A stretch of 64,000 nucleotides of DNA from the human T2T-CHM13v2.0 reference genome, Homo sapiens (GCF_009914755.1 NC_060927.1); one strand, 5' to 3'. Shown: positions 38,395 to 52,566, numbered from the stretch's first letter. Notes: a model not told the origin generated them from the sequence alone. Numbers and translations are program-made.

Positions 38395-39629
38395 TGAAAA
38401 ACAAGGGTTACAAATTTCTCTTCTTGCTGTAGCCAGAGTTGGTTTATCTTGCTTTGCTGTCAGTGAAACCGGGGATCAGCTAGCTATTAAAAGCACGTTG
38501 AGGTTTGTTTATTACTCAGTATTGTGGGAGCAATAAAAGGACATCATCCTTCCTGAAAATCACCAAGCTCCTCACAATTTTCTGAACATTTTGCATCTCC
38601 TCTATTTGCTGAAATAGATGATGTTTCTAAAATACAATGCACCTGGAATAACTTTCATATATCCTTCAGCATTTGGGTGTTGGAACTTCCAAGAGGAGGC
38701 AATGAGACAATTTGGACACTTGTCGCCCCCTCAGTTCTTGGCATTGCCATTATACCCTGGGAGTGCCAAGGTCTTGGCAACTTCCAGACTTAGTTGTTTG
38801 AGCTGCAGGTGCTATGTACAGACAGCCCAACAGATGACCATTATGAACTTGGCACCTACAGACCAGCTTTTGGAGAGGAGAGAAGGTGTAGTCATCCCTA
38901 CTGTCACCATAGGCCTTGATGCAGAATGCAAAGCTGGCACAGAAAGCTGATCTAAGCGGGCCAGGTGCCTGGTAACATCCTTTTCACATTAGCCAGCTGT
39001 TTTTTCTTGGCTGGCGTCACCAGGAAAGCTTGTCCTGATCCCATCAGACACATGGTGGTGTGCAGACATGGTGAAGCTCTGGCATAAGTAACTCACCAAG
39101 TTGGCAGAGGAACACAGGAATAGGTCAGGGTGCCCTTTGCCACTGCTGCCTGCACAATGAAAGCTGGATGTCTCCCAGAGGGGGCTGCCAGGCTTCTGGT
39201 CGACAATTCTAATCCCATAGTTCCCAAAAAAGAGCACATATAACCATATAGACACTAATAAGGAGTATAGTTTAGGCTAGAGCTTAGGAAGAAGCTACAC
39301 TAAACCCAACTAACATTTACTGATTGGCACAAAGACATTGTGCCAGGGACTAAGTGTAGTTCAAAGAAGTGTGATCCATGTCCTGGTCTTTCATGTATTC
39401 AAATCTGGCTGGAAAGATGGGACATAATGGTCAAGAGGTAACTGATAATAATAAAAGGGATGACTTAATGAGGCAACACATGCATTGGCAAATGAGGATG
39501 GTAGATGGTGGGTTTTAGAAGGCAGAAATGTGCTGGTTTTTAAAAGGAATCAGACCTCATCGGTTAGTACAGAAATAGTGAACCAATTTGAAGGAGATAA
39601 TATCATGTACTTAAGACCAGAAACCAAGT

Positions 39630-39712
39630 GTTTGAGGCAGAGGGAGGCCAAGGAGGAAGCTTAGCCTCCCTCTGCCTCAAACTGAGTCCAATAACTGAGA
39701 TGTTATTGGACT
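39630..39712. repeat. Two adjacent perfect inverted repeats (19-bp and 11-bp stems)
   Basis: 39630-39648 is the reverse complement of 39664-39682; 39685-39695 is the reverse complement of 39702-39712. Confidence 0.95.
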
Positions 39713-39729
39713 ACTACTGCAGAGATGAA

Positions 39730-39945
39730 AAACATGGGTTGTGAAGCTCTATAATTTACTGGCTGTTATCATCTTGAGCAAGTTATTTCACTCTCTAAAT
39801 CTCAGTTTCTTCATCTGCAAAATGGGAAAAATAATATTACTAGGTTCTTTCAAAAAGTTGTTATAAGGATTAAATAAACAAATACATAGTAATTAAGCAC
39901 AAAACAGTGTCTGACACAGAATAAATATTTGATAAATATTAGCTA
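39730..39945 (+). mobile_element. MIR
   Basis: CTTGAGCAAGTTATTTCA...CTCAGTTTCTTCATCTGCAAAATGGG...ATAAATATTAGCTA. Confidence 0.85.
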
Positions 39946-40161
39946 ATACTGGTGGTTTTATCAGTGGTAGTAAAGTATTGGGACATACCTTAAAATAAAG
40001 TATGTGACCTGCAAGATCTTAATAGTATCCTCTTTTCACATGAGGTACCTGAGGCTGAAAGATTATACAACTAGTTAGAGGCAGGGCCTGTGAGCAGACT
40101 CAGGTGTTCTGACTTCCCATCTCGTGCTCTTCCCACCACACGCCATCATAGTCTATACTTG

Positions 40162-40192
40162 ATTTTAGTATATGTGCTGCCGAAGCGAGCAC
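40162..40192 (-). pseudogene. Tailless, 3'-truncated U6 snRNA retrocopy (U6 nt 1-31)
   Basis: Reverse complement reads GTGCTCGCTTCGGCAGCACATATACTAAAAT; 15-bp TSD ATAGtCTATACTTGA/ATAGcCTATACTTGA. Confidence 0.93.
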
Positions 40193-41754
40193 ATAGCCTA
40201 TACTTGAAAAGCCAGGAATGGGTAAGTGAGACCAATTAGGGGCAGAATGGGGGCAGATTTGACTTTGTTTTCACCTTAATTTGTTATTATCCTTTTGATG
40301 CTGGGTAAACTGTGATCTTTTGTTCAGGGTTCTTTATGCAGTTGCCTGCCAGCTCTGATAACCAGCTGGAAGGCAGCAGCAGAATCTGGTATTTGACAGG
40401 GAAACTGCCTAGTGCATCTCACAAGGGCCTGGCAGTCAGCCCGCACGTGGCCTGGGCAGGCGCTCCCTGGCCAGGTTTCAGGTCGGCATAAAGTGATTCA
40501 TTTTTGTTGTCCATTTGAAGGAAGCAGGAGAATCACAGGGCTTTAATGAGCATATCTAATTGGAGCTTTTTCTCAGGAGAAGAGAATGTGTTCTCTCGAT
40601 GTCTGTCATATGAAGAGGAAAGACAAGAATCTAATGACCTGAGCACAGCAGGGCTCTATTTGAAACACTGAAGACTTAGCTGTGGGGAAGCTCCAGGATG
40701 TCAGGAAGAAACACTTCCAGTAGAGAGGCTGCCCGAGAAAGAGGAACTCTGTATCTACAGGAAACTGGGGAGGGAAGCGTGGTTAGGTATTTTTCACTGG
40801 AGTGAGGATGTATTGGCTTGGGTTTGAGGTTTTCCAAATAACCAAAAGCAATGCAAAGTCCTCTTTCTTATTAGTTGTATACTGTAGCTTTCTTAGCTTA
40901 GTTCAGTAGGCCTAGATAAAAAGAAACAGTAGATCTAATACAATTCAGATCCACAAATGTGCATTAGGTGTTTATTACACAGAAGGCAAGAAAAATGTTT
41001 GAAAATACTGTATAAAGATGAAGTTGACGTGGTCCTTGCCTTCTGGAAACTCCCGATCTACTTGTGGAGATATGTAGTGAAATGTTATACATACCTTTTG
41101 GGGCTGCTGCTCTCTTCACAATGATTCCTTTTTCTTTAGGGACAGCCTCTGATGCTCAGATAAGGGAGGTCTCTAGTGGAGCTGTACTATGTGGGTAACC
41201 TTCCAACTCTCACTATAGCAAATTGGACACTGGACATTAGCTGAGCTGATCTATTCTCTCTCTCTCGTTTAAAACTAAAAACAAAAGAGACAGAGAGACT
41301 GGGTGTCATTGAAAATGGCAGTACAGAGAAGATTCATGAATCCCAAACAGTTCTTTTCTTTAGAAAGTCCTTCACTATTTCACTTCCTTTACCACTAGAA
41401 GACATGTTGCAGTCTTTCCCAATAATTGTTCTTTGCATAAATTAGTTTGAGTTGGCTTCCTGTCACCCACATCCAAATAAGCCTGATTCATAGAAATGAT
41501 ATGATTTTAAAAAGTGATCAGTTGAAAATCTGTGGAAATAGCCAGAGAGAGGGAGGTGAAGGCGAAAGAATAGCTGATATCTCTAAATGCCTCTAACAAA
41601 TATAACGGGAGGCTATACATCTAATTACCCTCACAGAACAGAGCTCAGAATGCCAGAGATGTCACATACTGATGAATCGCTTGGTATTTACTAACAGTGT
41701 GGTAGAGCAAAGGGAATTCTAACTTGGGAGTCAGAAGTAATTTTCTCGGGCTAG

Positions 41755-42240
<486 letters not shown>

Positions 42241-42476
42241 TTCTGGTGCTAGTTCTACTATTAAAAACCTGGGTGACTTTGGACATGTTGTTCCTTCTTA
42301 CTAGGTCTTAGTTTCAATATATGTAAAATATACAGGATGAACTTAACAATCTTCGAGGCCTCTTCCAAGTCTATGATTATTGGCTGATATAAATAATAGA
42401 TTGTGATATCCATCTACATAAGCAATAGCAAAAGTAGATCCAATAATTCAAATGATGTAGAAAAGATAAAGGAAGG

Positions 42477-43026
42477 TATGATGCTTAAAATTGAGTGTCA
42501 ACTTGATTGAATTGAAGGATGTGAAATACTATTCCTGGATGTGTCTGTGAGGGTGTTGACAAAGGAGATTAACATTTGAGTCAGTGGACTGGGAGAAGCA
42601 GACCCACCCTCAATCTGGGTGGGCACCATCTAATCAGCTGGCAGCACGGCTAGCATAAAAGCAGGCAGAGGAACGTGGAAGGGCTAGACTTGCTGAGTCT
42701 TCCAGTCTTCATCTTTCTCCCATGCTGGGTCCTTCCTGCCCTCGAACATTGAACTCCAGGTTCTTCAGCTTTTGGACTGGTGGACTTACACCAGTGGTTT
42801 GCCAGGGGCTCTCAGGCCTTCGGCCACAGACTGAAGGCTGCACTGTTGGCTTCCCTACATTTGAGGTTTTGGGATTTGGACTGGCTTCCTTGCTCCTTGG
42901 CTTGCAGACGGCCTGTTGTGGGACTTCACTTTGTGATTGTGTGAGTCAGTACTTCTTAATAAACTTCCTTTTATATATACGTCTATCCTATTAGTCCTGT
43001 CCCTCTAGAGAACCCTGATTAATACA
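42477..43026 (+). mobile_element. MLT2A2 (HERV-L) solo LTR, full length 550 bp
   Basis: GAGTGTCAACTTGATTG...CTAGAGAACCCTGATTAATACA; perfect 5-bp TSD GAAGG. Confidence 0.93.
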
Positions 43027-45034
43027 GAAGGGTAAAAATGGATTTATGCAAAGAGGATTTAACAGTCAATATGGCAACAGAGGATTCATTTGCCATAGAT
43101 ATTTTCTAAATAAAGCTTAATGGGAAAATGTGAATGTCTATGAAAACATAGTTTGATGTTACACTTGGTATGTCCTCATTAATGGAAAGTTTAGTTCAGT
43201 TCAACTCAATAAATATTTATGTAGCCTACACCAAGTACTGTGTTATGCACAAGAGATTGAGAGATGGACTAAGAAAGAGTTTCTGCCATCAGGCAGAGGT
43301 TTTCTATTGCTAACTATTTCAACAAGTTATTTCATCCTTCTCCTTCCAGTGTATGTGCCTGATAATTTTTCAATTGAAGAGAGCATCGCCAGAAATAATT
43401 ATTGATGATAATATTAATAATAGCTAAATATTTTGAGTGCTTACTGTGAGTCACTGTACTAGGTATGTGACTTGCGTTATCTCATTTAATAGGTAATACA
43501 TGTAAGGTTGGAGCTATTACTATACATTTTATGAATAAGGAAATTAAGGCCTAAGGAACACTTGGCCCAAAGTTACACTTCACTTTAGGCATGCCTGCCT
43601 TCAACATCCATGGTCTTAATATACTATAGGGAATTGTTTCAGTATAATACCTGTATTATAATTAATGTTTATCAAGTACTATGTGTGAGGAGCTGGGCCG
43701 AGAGTTTATAAATCAAGGTAACCTAGGTAGGAAGACATTGTGGACTCATAATTCTTTGGGACTTTCTAACCATTGAAGCTGGCCAAAAATGGAAAAGATG
43801 GACTGAAGAATCATGAGTTTCTTGCCAGTTACATATGTTGCTCTAAGCTGGATGATACTTAGAGATGTTTTAAGAATATGTGAATCCTTGTACTGGAGAA
43901 AGAGAGTTAACACAGGAAACTCCTTAGATCTCTTGCATCCCTGGCTCCTATGAAAATGCTGAAGTTGGTTCTTTAAGATGCGGCCTGGGGGGAAAACAAC
44001 TCTTAGACCTATCAGAAAACCTGTCAAGGAGCATAGAGTATTACCAGGGTTAGCCACGCAATCATAGGACTTTTATCTTGCACAGACTATAGATCAATAA
44101 AATTAATGCAATCAGTTTGAGCCCAGCTTCTCATGGAGAGAAGGGGTGCAATTTCTCATGTGTGGACTGCACAATGCATAGGCCTCCTGCAGCTCAAGTC
44201 AATGAATGATTTTTGCTACTTTGCAACGCAAACTCCAGTTCTTGTGATATGGCTTTCCTTGAGTGTCAGATAAAACCCAATGCTTTGGTATATTTCCTCA
44301 GCCAAGGCAAAAAGCATAGCTTAAACCAGAAACAGTACCTTGGCTACTGAATTTTCACCACTGGATTGGTTGTTCTACCAGGAATAGTAAGTATTGCTCC
44401 CACTTAGTTCATTGTCAGCCTCTGGCTTTGTTGCTGTACAGCATGTGAGCATGCAACGAGTTATTTTCTCGTCTTAAAAAACATATGAATAGGACTTCTG
44501 AAACTAGCATTTCTTGGATTTTGTAATCTTAAATGGACCCAAGCTTTAAATGCATGAATGAGCACGGGATAATATAGGAACTGTGTGAATGATCAAATGA
44601 GATGGAACCAGGGCCCAAAACTTAATATTTAGTATTTCTATTATATAAACTGTCATTTATTCGTAGCATGTCAAAGGGATTACCAGGTCTAACCACCGTA
44701 TGTATAAATGGGAAAAACTGAGGAACAAGTGGAGAAAGTGACTTACTTTTCCAAGGTCACATGGACATAGCAGCAGAACTGGAACTGGAGTGAGAGACCG
44801 TGGAGATCACATTCACCCCAGGGCTCTTGTCTCTACTCTCCTGCTCACTTATCCAGTTCCACTCCACTGTGGTGGGGTCTGAGCTGTGGAGCTGGGCAGT
44901 GACATGCTTATAGGAGCACTGATGGGACAGGAAGTGGCAAATGTCTCAGCCCCAGGCTCAGAGCTGGACTAACTGTGTGGCTAATTATGGATGATTTCTC
45001 CGGAACTTTTGAGGCTCCATGCTGCTGCTGCTGC

Positions 45035-45232
<198 letters not shown>

Positions 45233-45852
45233 GTGAACATGCTGCTTCTTAAGCCAATCAACGTAGGATAAGGCAGGGCCTGAAGCAATGAACAGCCGGC
45301 ATGGCAAGAGTTCTTGTTGAAAGGCTTTGGGGACACAGGTGAGGTGTGAGTGAGATCCTCAAGCACAGATTTTCATGACCTTTTCTTCTGAATGTGGAAG
45401 AGGTTTGCAGTGTATCTAGTGGAAGAAAGGATAAGGAGAAAGGATGAGACACCAGGCAGAAGGTGAAGAAACTGTTTTCTTAGAGTTCTCTAGGAGACAA
45501 TAAAGATAAACATATTATTTCTTTGAGGTGATGTGGTGCAGTTTCCTCAGTCTCTGTGAGGATCCGGTGTCCCGAGGCCATCTGCCAGCTTGAGAAAGCA
45601 GCTTTGCCTGTGAGAAAGGGATTAGAAGCCTCAGTCAAGGATCAAGGCAGCTAGAATGGCGGAGTCAGGTACCTCAAGGGGCTTTCTGGCAGGAGACTAC
45701 ATTGATAGGAATGTACAGGGTCACCTAAGACAAATATTTGTAGATGGTGACGGGGAGGAGAGGATTTTGTAGGGGGGTGGGTTCCTGCATTATGCTAATA
45801 GATTCTGAGAGCCTGAGAAATGTAAGTTATCAAGGTTAAGAAATAATGAAAA

Positions 45853-45926
45853 ACATGAGATAACGCAGGATAAAAGTCACCGTTCCTCCACATGAGATAA
45901 CGCAGGATAAAAGTCACTGTTCCTCC
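45853..45926. repeat. 37-bp tandem duplication
   Basis: ACATGAGATAACGCAGGATAAAAGTCAC(C/T)GTTCCTCC twice, one mismatch. Confidence 0.95.
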
Positions 45927-46732
45927 CTCTTTCTACCTTTCTCAACTTCCCAAGGATGCTCCTTAGGAACTTCTTTTCAAGGCTGCCCTTGATGTCCATT
46001 TATTTTTAAATATGTAATTAAATGGCTATGCAGAGGAAAAGTACCTGATATTATTTGCCATCAACTCTAAGCCCTTTGGTTTATGATCTGCTTGCTTTTA
46101 AACATTTTAAAATTGCATTTCCTTGCTATCTACAAATTGCATGCCTCTATAATAGATACTGCAAAGCATACAGCCATGAATAAGATAAGGTTCCTGGGCT
46201 TCAGGAGCTAACAACACTAGAAATGGGAGAGAAGATGTATTCACAGCTGCCATAGACTGCTGTTGTGGTGAGTAGCTTGAGTGATACGAAAGAAGCACTT
46301 TAGGAATTGAGGCAGAAGGAAGCATATCTTGCAGGTGCCAGCAAGGCTGACTTGATGGACAAGCTGACATTTTTCTTAGACTTAAACCCATCCAAGTGGG
46401 ATAATTTGTTTTCATTGCAATAAAAATATTTAATTATATGAAGTGCACACAAGTGTTTAATAATAGAAATATATTTATTTCTATAATATTTGTTCAAGAA
46501 ATGCAAAAATAAAATGCTGATTGTCTTCTGACTTGAATAATTCTTGGTAGACTGGTGTCAAGCAGTATGCAACTACAAGGTCCCAAGTCATCAACCCCAA
46601 ACTCAGTTTGACCAGAGGGCTGTTTCTCTGCCATTCCATGTATAGTTGTTGAGATTGGATGGGGTCCAATGAATAGCACCCTTCTTGTTCACTTGAGTTC
46701 TGAACCAAAGGGAAAATAAGGCTTAAGAGTAA

Positions 46733-47057
<325 letters not shown>

Positions 47058-48459
47058 CATATTATTTTTCTTACCAATGAAGTTGATGTTGGAAAATGTA
47101 GTTTCTATTTATAGGCTGGCAGGCTTACTAATACTGAATCCCAGAAGTAGCAAGACTTAACCACAGCACCCCTGCTCTGTGCCTGCCCTTGTAAGACTCA
47201 AGGGATCGAGATGCAGAGCAGGTGCATGCTTCCTGCAGAAAGATCAGAACTCAGAGTGAAAAAGAAAAGATGAAGGGCCAAGAATATGCAGATTCATTTC
47301 TTAGTCCCAACCAATCAGACACAGCCCTTCTCCCCATAGGGAGGAGTAAAGAGTGGAGAGGGGACAGGGTTTCTTTGGTCATGAAGACTTCTCATGGAAG
47401 GGCAGGGTAGAGAGAGCCTTTCTCTCTCCCAGCTCCCCCACAATAATTGCCCTGAGAAACTAGCTGGAATCAGAGCAGCAGATACAATATTTATCTTATT
47501 TTCACTTCAAAGAACCTGTCACACACTAAATGAAAGGCAATGAAAAAAACCTGCAAAACAAAACAAAGATCCCCAAACCAAAGAGACATACTCTTTTGTC
47601 CTCTCTTCTACTTCCCGGAGGACACCTCTTCATTTCCATGTTTATTAAATCATGGCCACAGAAAATCCTGACTCAGTTTACCTTTCACTTCATTATACTT
47701 TAAGACTGTCATTTAATGAGTGGTGTCATGCAGAGGCATTATCTCTCAGGATGTGATGGTGAGGGACATGGGTCTTTGAAGTCAGCTATTTTTTTAGGAC
47801 ATGTGTCTATCTATCCATTCATCATTTTACCCCACATTGTTAGGTCCTCTTTTTACCTGGGTTGTGAGGTATGTGTGTTCGTGTGTGTGCAGACCTGTGT
47901 GAAAGAGAGAACGAGAGAGATCCTAGCTTCCCATCAGTCCTTCCTGTTCTTAGTGAGTTCCTGCTTATTCAAGAACTCTCTGGCCCACTCTAAATTCCCC
48001 AGATCCATCCCTTTGTACTCCCACAACTATAGAAAAATATACACGTATTCTTTATATAGAGAATAGCTCCATACATCTTATCCTCAATACCCACATGTTG
48101 CAAACAGATATAGATTTAATAAATGAGAATTCACACATGCAGCAAAGGATCCCGGCATGCTGACCTCTCTAGGAGCCAGTATGCTAGCTCATCAGGAAAC
48201 CTGGGTTCATTCTCAACCAGCCATGCAATTTTGATAAAGTGTCCTTCAACCTCTGTGGCCCTCGCTTCCTTCTTCTGTAATAAGGGAGTAGAATTTCATT
48301 TTTTTTGTAGGTTAGTGGGTAGGACTTACTGGTTTAAATATGTAAAACATTACAATTATGCATTTTGTATTTTTCTTGTAAAAATTCAAACAACACTCAA
48401 GTAACATGAAGAAAAAAGAAGAGGCCACTTATTTATGCTTACAAATATGTATTCAATGA

Positions 48460-48650
48460 GTCTCTCTGCCCATCTACTCTCTATCACATTGCTTATTGAT
48501 TTTCTTCTTAGCTCTTAGAATCCAAAATTGTATCTTGTTTGTTTGTTTGCTCTCCCACTTACAGTTAAGTTCTATCAAGACAGGGATTCTATCTTTTCCT
48601 CTGTCCCTCACATATAGTAGATGCTCAACAAATAGATACTGACTGAGTGA
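48460..48650 (+). mobile_element. L2 3' end
   Basis: CACATATAGTAGATGCTCAACAAATAG. Confidence 0.65.
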
Positions 48651-50451
48651 AGGATGCAATGGGCATAATACCCATTGCAGGGAAGGCCCAGAGACAGAAG
48701 AGCACTGGGTTAGGACCAGGGAGAATCATGGGTAACTGAGTAAGGAGAGCTAGGAAGCAGATGACAGGAGAAAGAGTGAAGTCACTGTCAGGATTCAGAG
48801 TTCTACAATGAGTTTATCTTCTGGGTCCTCCAAGCTCTCTAGTTTGGTTCCACATCAAATCATATTATATTGCCACCAGCAAGAAACTCATGCATGAGGG
48901 ACTGCTCCATACATCCTAGGATTTGAAACTTGGTCTAGGGTTTTATTTTTTGAAAGTAGCTCTTAGCACATCTATTTTATATTTCACTTTCAAGAAGGCT
49001 CGACTGCTCTTTAAATTCACAACTTATTTTTCTAGATTTGTTGTGATTTGACTTTATTTGGTCACTTGGAGTTGGAAGAACTTAATAGAGTAGCTTTTCA
49101 GAAACCCATTATGGTGCATTATCCACTTTCTGTGAGTTAACCAAAGTACAGATTTCTCTAACAGTTAAAAAAGGAAGGCCATGGTTCTCCAGAACCATTA
49201 AGGTATGTGATAATCTCATTAAATTTCTTGGTACAATTAGCTACTTCATTTTCCTTAAGGGATATTCATATTCTCTCCAATTAAGGTATTTTTAGCTTTT
49301 CTGAAGTATGTAAATTTCTTTATAAAAGGAAAAAGCTCCATTTATTTTTGTTGCTTGAACAAATTCCATTTATCCCTTCCAATAATTTTAGGTGTATGTT
49401 TCTTACTTGGAAATATAAATGGCATTTAAAGGTCAAGGAATGATTTATTTACAGCACTGATACCTCATTGAGAAAGTGCTGAGGCCTCTGAATTCCAGCA
49501 TCTTGTCTATTGTGAAGAACATCAGTCACTGAGTGGGAAGAGCAGGGAATCTTTAATCAGGCCTGAGTTCAGACTGCAGCCCGAGCCTGGCTGCCTATCC
49601 TTGGAGAACCTCCTAATCAACCCACTTCTCACTATGGATTGCAGTTGCAAGAACTGCTGGAACAAACTTATTTTTGCTATTAAAATGGAAATCAACAGAA
49701 AAATGTGATTTTTAAAAAATGATAATTTTTCAAGAGCATTTAGCTGCAACAGAAGTACCTAAATTCATTAGATATATTAGTGAGGTTAATACACAAATTC
49801 TCACCGTAAAGGACCATCTTACTATTGTTATAGGAACAAATTTTAAGCAAAACATAATTTAACATATCAGTTTGTAATCAATATCTGTAAACATAGAAAC
49901 TTTCTAATCTCTAAAATCTAAGCTGCATTTTTCGTCCTCATTCCAAAACTTTGTTCTTTGTTGCCAGTATATCACCATTAGACTAAAGAAACTCAAAGTG
50001 GTTATAATTGAGATGTTATTTGATTCTTATTTTAGCCTTAAGTTAGCATATTAATAAAACAGCATATGAGTGTCCTGCTGTTTAAATTGTAAGCTAAATT
50101 TTCAGAATGGGCTTGTAGCCTAGTAACAACAGAGACTTATTGGAACATCACTAACTTTTCTCCATGACTTAGGCCCTTTATTATTATTTATAAATAAATA
50201 ATAAATGTATTCTTCAAGCTGTAGTTTTGGAGAAGAGATTAATATTGGAGGAGAAAAAAGAAAAAGCAAGAGAATGGAAGGAAAAGAAAGAAAGGATACA
50301 GAGAAGTTCAGAGAAGTAAGGAGAGAATAAAGAAATTTTAAAAAAAGAAAAGAAACACCGAGAAATGTTTTTCCTTTTCTAGGCCCTAAACTGCCTTTTG
50401 AGTCATATAGTAATAATAGAATTGCAGGGCCTTTTTTTTGGTAACAATCCA

Positions 50452-50553
50452 TTTCATTTTGGCTAGGCTGGTCTTGAACTCCTGATCTCAGGTGATCCTC
50501 CCACCTCAGCCTCCCAAAGTGCTGAGATTACAGGTGAGCCACCACACCCAGCC
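50452..50553 (-). mobile_element. Alu 5' fragment lacking right arm and tail, followed by an L1ME (-) fragment to about 50770
   Basis: Only the first ~100 nt of the left arm is present. Confidence 0.8.
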
Positions 50554-51224
50554 TCTTCCCTCATCCTTAAATCCTAGAAACCTTTGATCTGTTCTATCAC
50601 TAGAATTCTGTTATTCCAACGATGTTACATAAATGATTTCATACGATATATAGTTTTGAGATTGGCCTTTCCTACTCAGCATGATTTCCTTGAGATTTAT
50701 CTTTCTTACTGTTTGTGTGTATTGATAGTTTGACCCTTTATGTTGCTAAATAGTATTTCAAGAATTGTGTTTAAATGAGCTGATGATGCTAAAATGCTCT
50801 TTATGCAATAAGGTAGTTTAAATAACCCTATTCTAACTCAGAAAATCAGTAATCCTATGCGACATAGTCAATTTGTTTCATAGAGGCCTCCGTGCTTTGC
50901 ACATGCTAGGTGCTCTCCTACAAGTGCCCATCTCGCAGCAACCCAGTTCACATCTCAGCTTCGCAGAATCCCTCGCTGATCCTTGTAGTTGTCTGGTTCA
51001 TTCCTCTCTCCCATGCCTTGTCCAAGGAGTTGTTGCAAGCTTGTTCTCCTCTGCGCTCCCACTGCATCTTGCTCTTACCTTTATCAACTGTGTGTCCCCA
51101 TGTTTGTTCTCTGGTGTTAGACTCAGTGCCTTTCGGGGTAGGGAGCATCTTCTTGCAATCTCTGACAATGGCCTGCTCTCAATAAATGTTGGTTGTATTG
51201 ACTTTGAGCTTAAGTTAATTAGGC

Positions 51225-51400
51225 TATGGGTTCTGACTTTGCCGACACATGGAAGTCACCTGGGCAGGCTTAAAAAAATTCGGATGCTGGGTCTCACCTG
51301 CAGAGATTTCAACTCGATCAATCTTAGGTGCAGCTAGGACACTGGAATTTTAAAAGCTCTGCAGATGGTTCTAATGTTCAGTCAAGATCTGGAACCACTG
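51225..51400. mobile_element. MER5-type MITE
   Basis: GTCACCTGGG...CAGAGATTTC...GGTTCTAATG...GAACCACTG. Confidence 0.7.
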
Positions 51401-51742
51401 CCTTGGTCAATATAAAGAACAAAACCACTGTATTAGATAGGATTTAATCTATATAAGAAACACTGTATTTGGTTGTTCTTTTTTTTTTTTTTTTTTACTT
51501 GCGCACGGTACTTTTTTGTTGTCATTGAAAACAAGCATTTACTTGCATTTTGATGTTTAGATGTCTCCTATTGTTAACAGAAAGGTTTTATGTTTGAATC
51601 AGAATACAATCTTGAGAATTTTGCCTGTCACTTTGATTCTATGGAATACATTCTGCAGGCAGGAAATGTGTGTGCTATACCCTCCATAAAATTTAAATCA
51701 ATTCAAAACCCATTTCTGAGGCTTCTAAAAGTAGTCATTAAC

Positions 51743-51920
51743 CAGTGGTTCTCAACCTTGGCTGCACATTAGAGTCAGCTGGGGAGTTTTAAACATTCCA
51801 ACGCCCAGGCTGTACCCCACACCAATTAAATGACATTCTCTGGAGATAAGAGCCAGGCACCAGCACTTTGTAAAGCTCCGCAGGTGATGACAATGTATCG
51901 CCCAGACTGAAAAACCATTG
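51743..51920. mobile_element. MER5-type MITE
   Basis: CAGTGGTTCTCAACCTTGGCTGCACATTAG...AAAACCATTG. Confidence 0.8.
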
Positions 51921-52252
51921 TCCCGAATGAACACAGTTCCTAGATGAATACATTCCTAATTCATCTTTATAAACATATTCATTAACACTTTTTTGCTTAC
52001 ATAAATTAACTATTATACTAATTGGGTGAAAAATAGAAAGTATCCCTTATTCTAGCCTCATGCTTTAAAAAAAACCTTAGTTGTTATTAATGTATGCATG
52101 ACATTGTGCTATTAAAATGCTTTCATCTCCACTAGTTCATTTATTTCTTACAAAATAAAACAAAAAAGCAAGATAAAAAGGAGCAATGATTATTAACTTT
52201 GTATGTTAATTTTACAGATGAGAAAACCAAACCATAGACAGATAAAGCAATG

Positions 52253-52413
52253 CAGGGCATAGGATGAGGCATGAAAGCCTCCTAGAGCTTGAAATTCAAG
52301 GAGGCACTCACTGTCAGTCTCAGAGTTGTGCAAGTACAGGTTGGCACCTGAGTGGGGGTGCTACCTTAAGTTGTGTGCCTTAGTTAACTCATCTCACTTT
52401 AGTCCCAACCCTG
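52253..52413. mobile_element. MER91-like hAT-Tip100 MITE inside a MIR (-)
   Basis: CAGGG...CCCTG termini; AAATTCAAGGAGGCACTCAC; quasi-palindromic body. Confidence 0.7.
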
Positions 52414-52566
52414 AAAGCGGCTTATCCCAAATCATATGGCAGTGGGAGGATAAGTGCTAAGATCAGACTCTGGGGCAAATATGGCTTTCTCTCCCTACCT
52501 TGCCTTATAGATTAGGAAATCCACACTTACATTAGAAAATGCAGAATTCCACCTGCTTTAGCTTAG

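Noticed and set aside
39172-39190. CTCF-like CCCAGAGGGGGCTG
   Set aside because: Several core positions mismatch; not supportable without a PWM scan or ChIP data.
50210-50360. Purine-rich tract and the overlapping hydrophobic ORF 50120-50452
   Set aside because: Low-complexity GA-rich sequence that yields F/L/S-rich translation by composition alone.
50873-51337. 154-aa ORF, the longest outside the major repeats
   Set aside because: TTG start, no recognisable domain, and the 3' part runs into a MER5.
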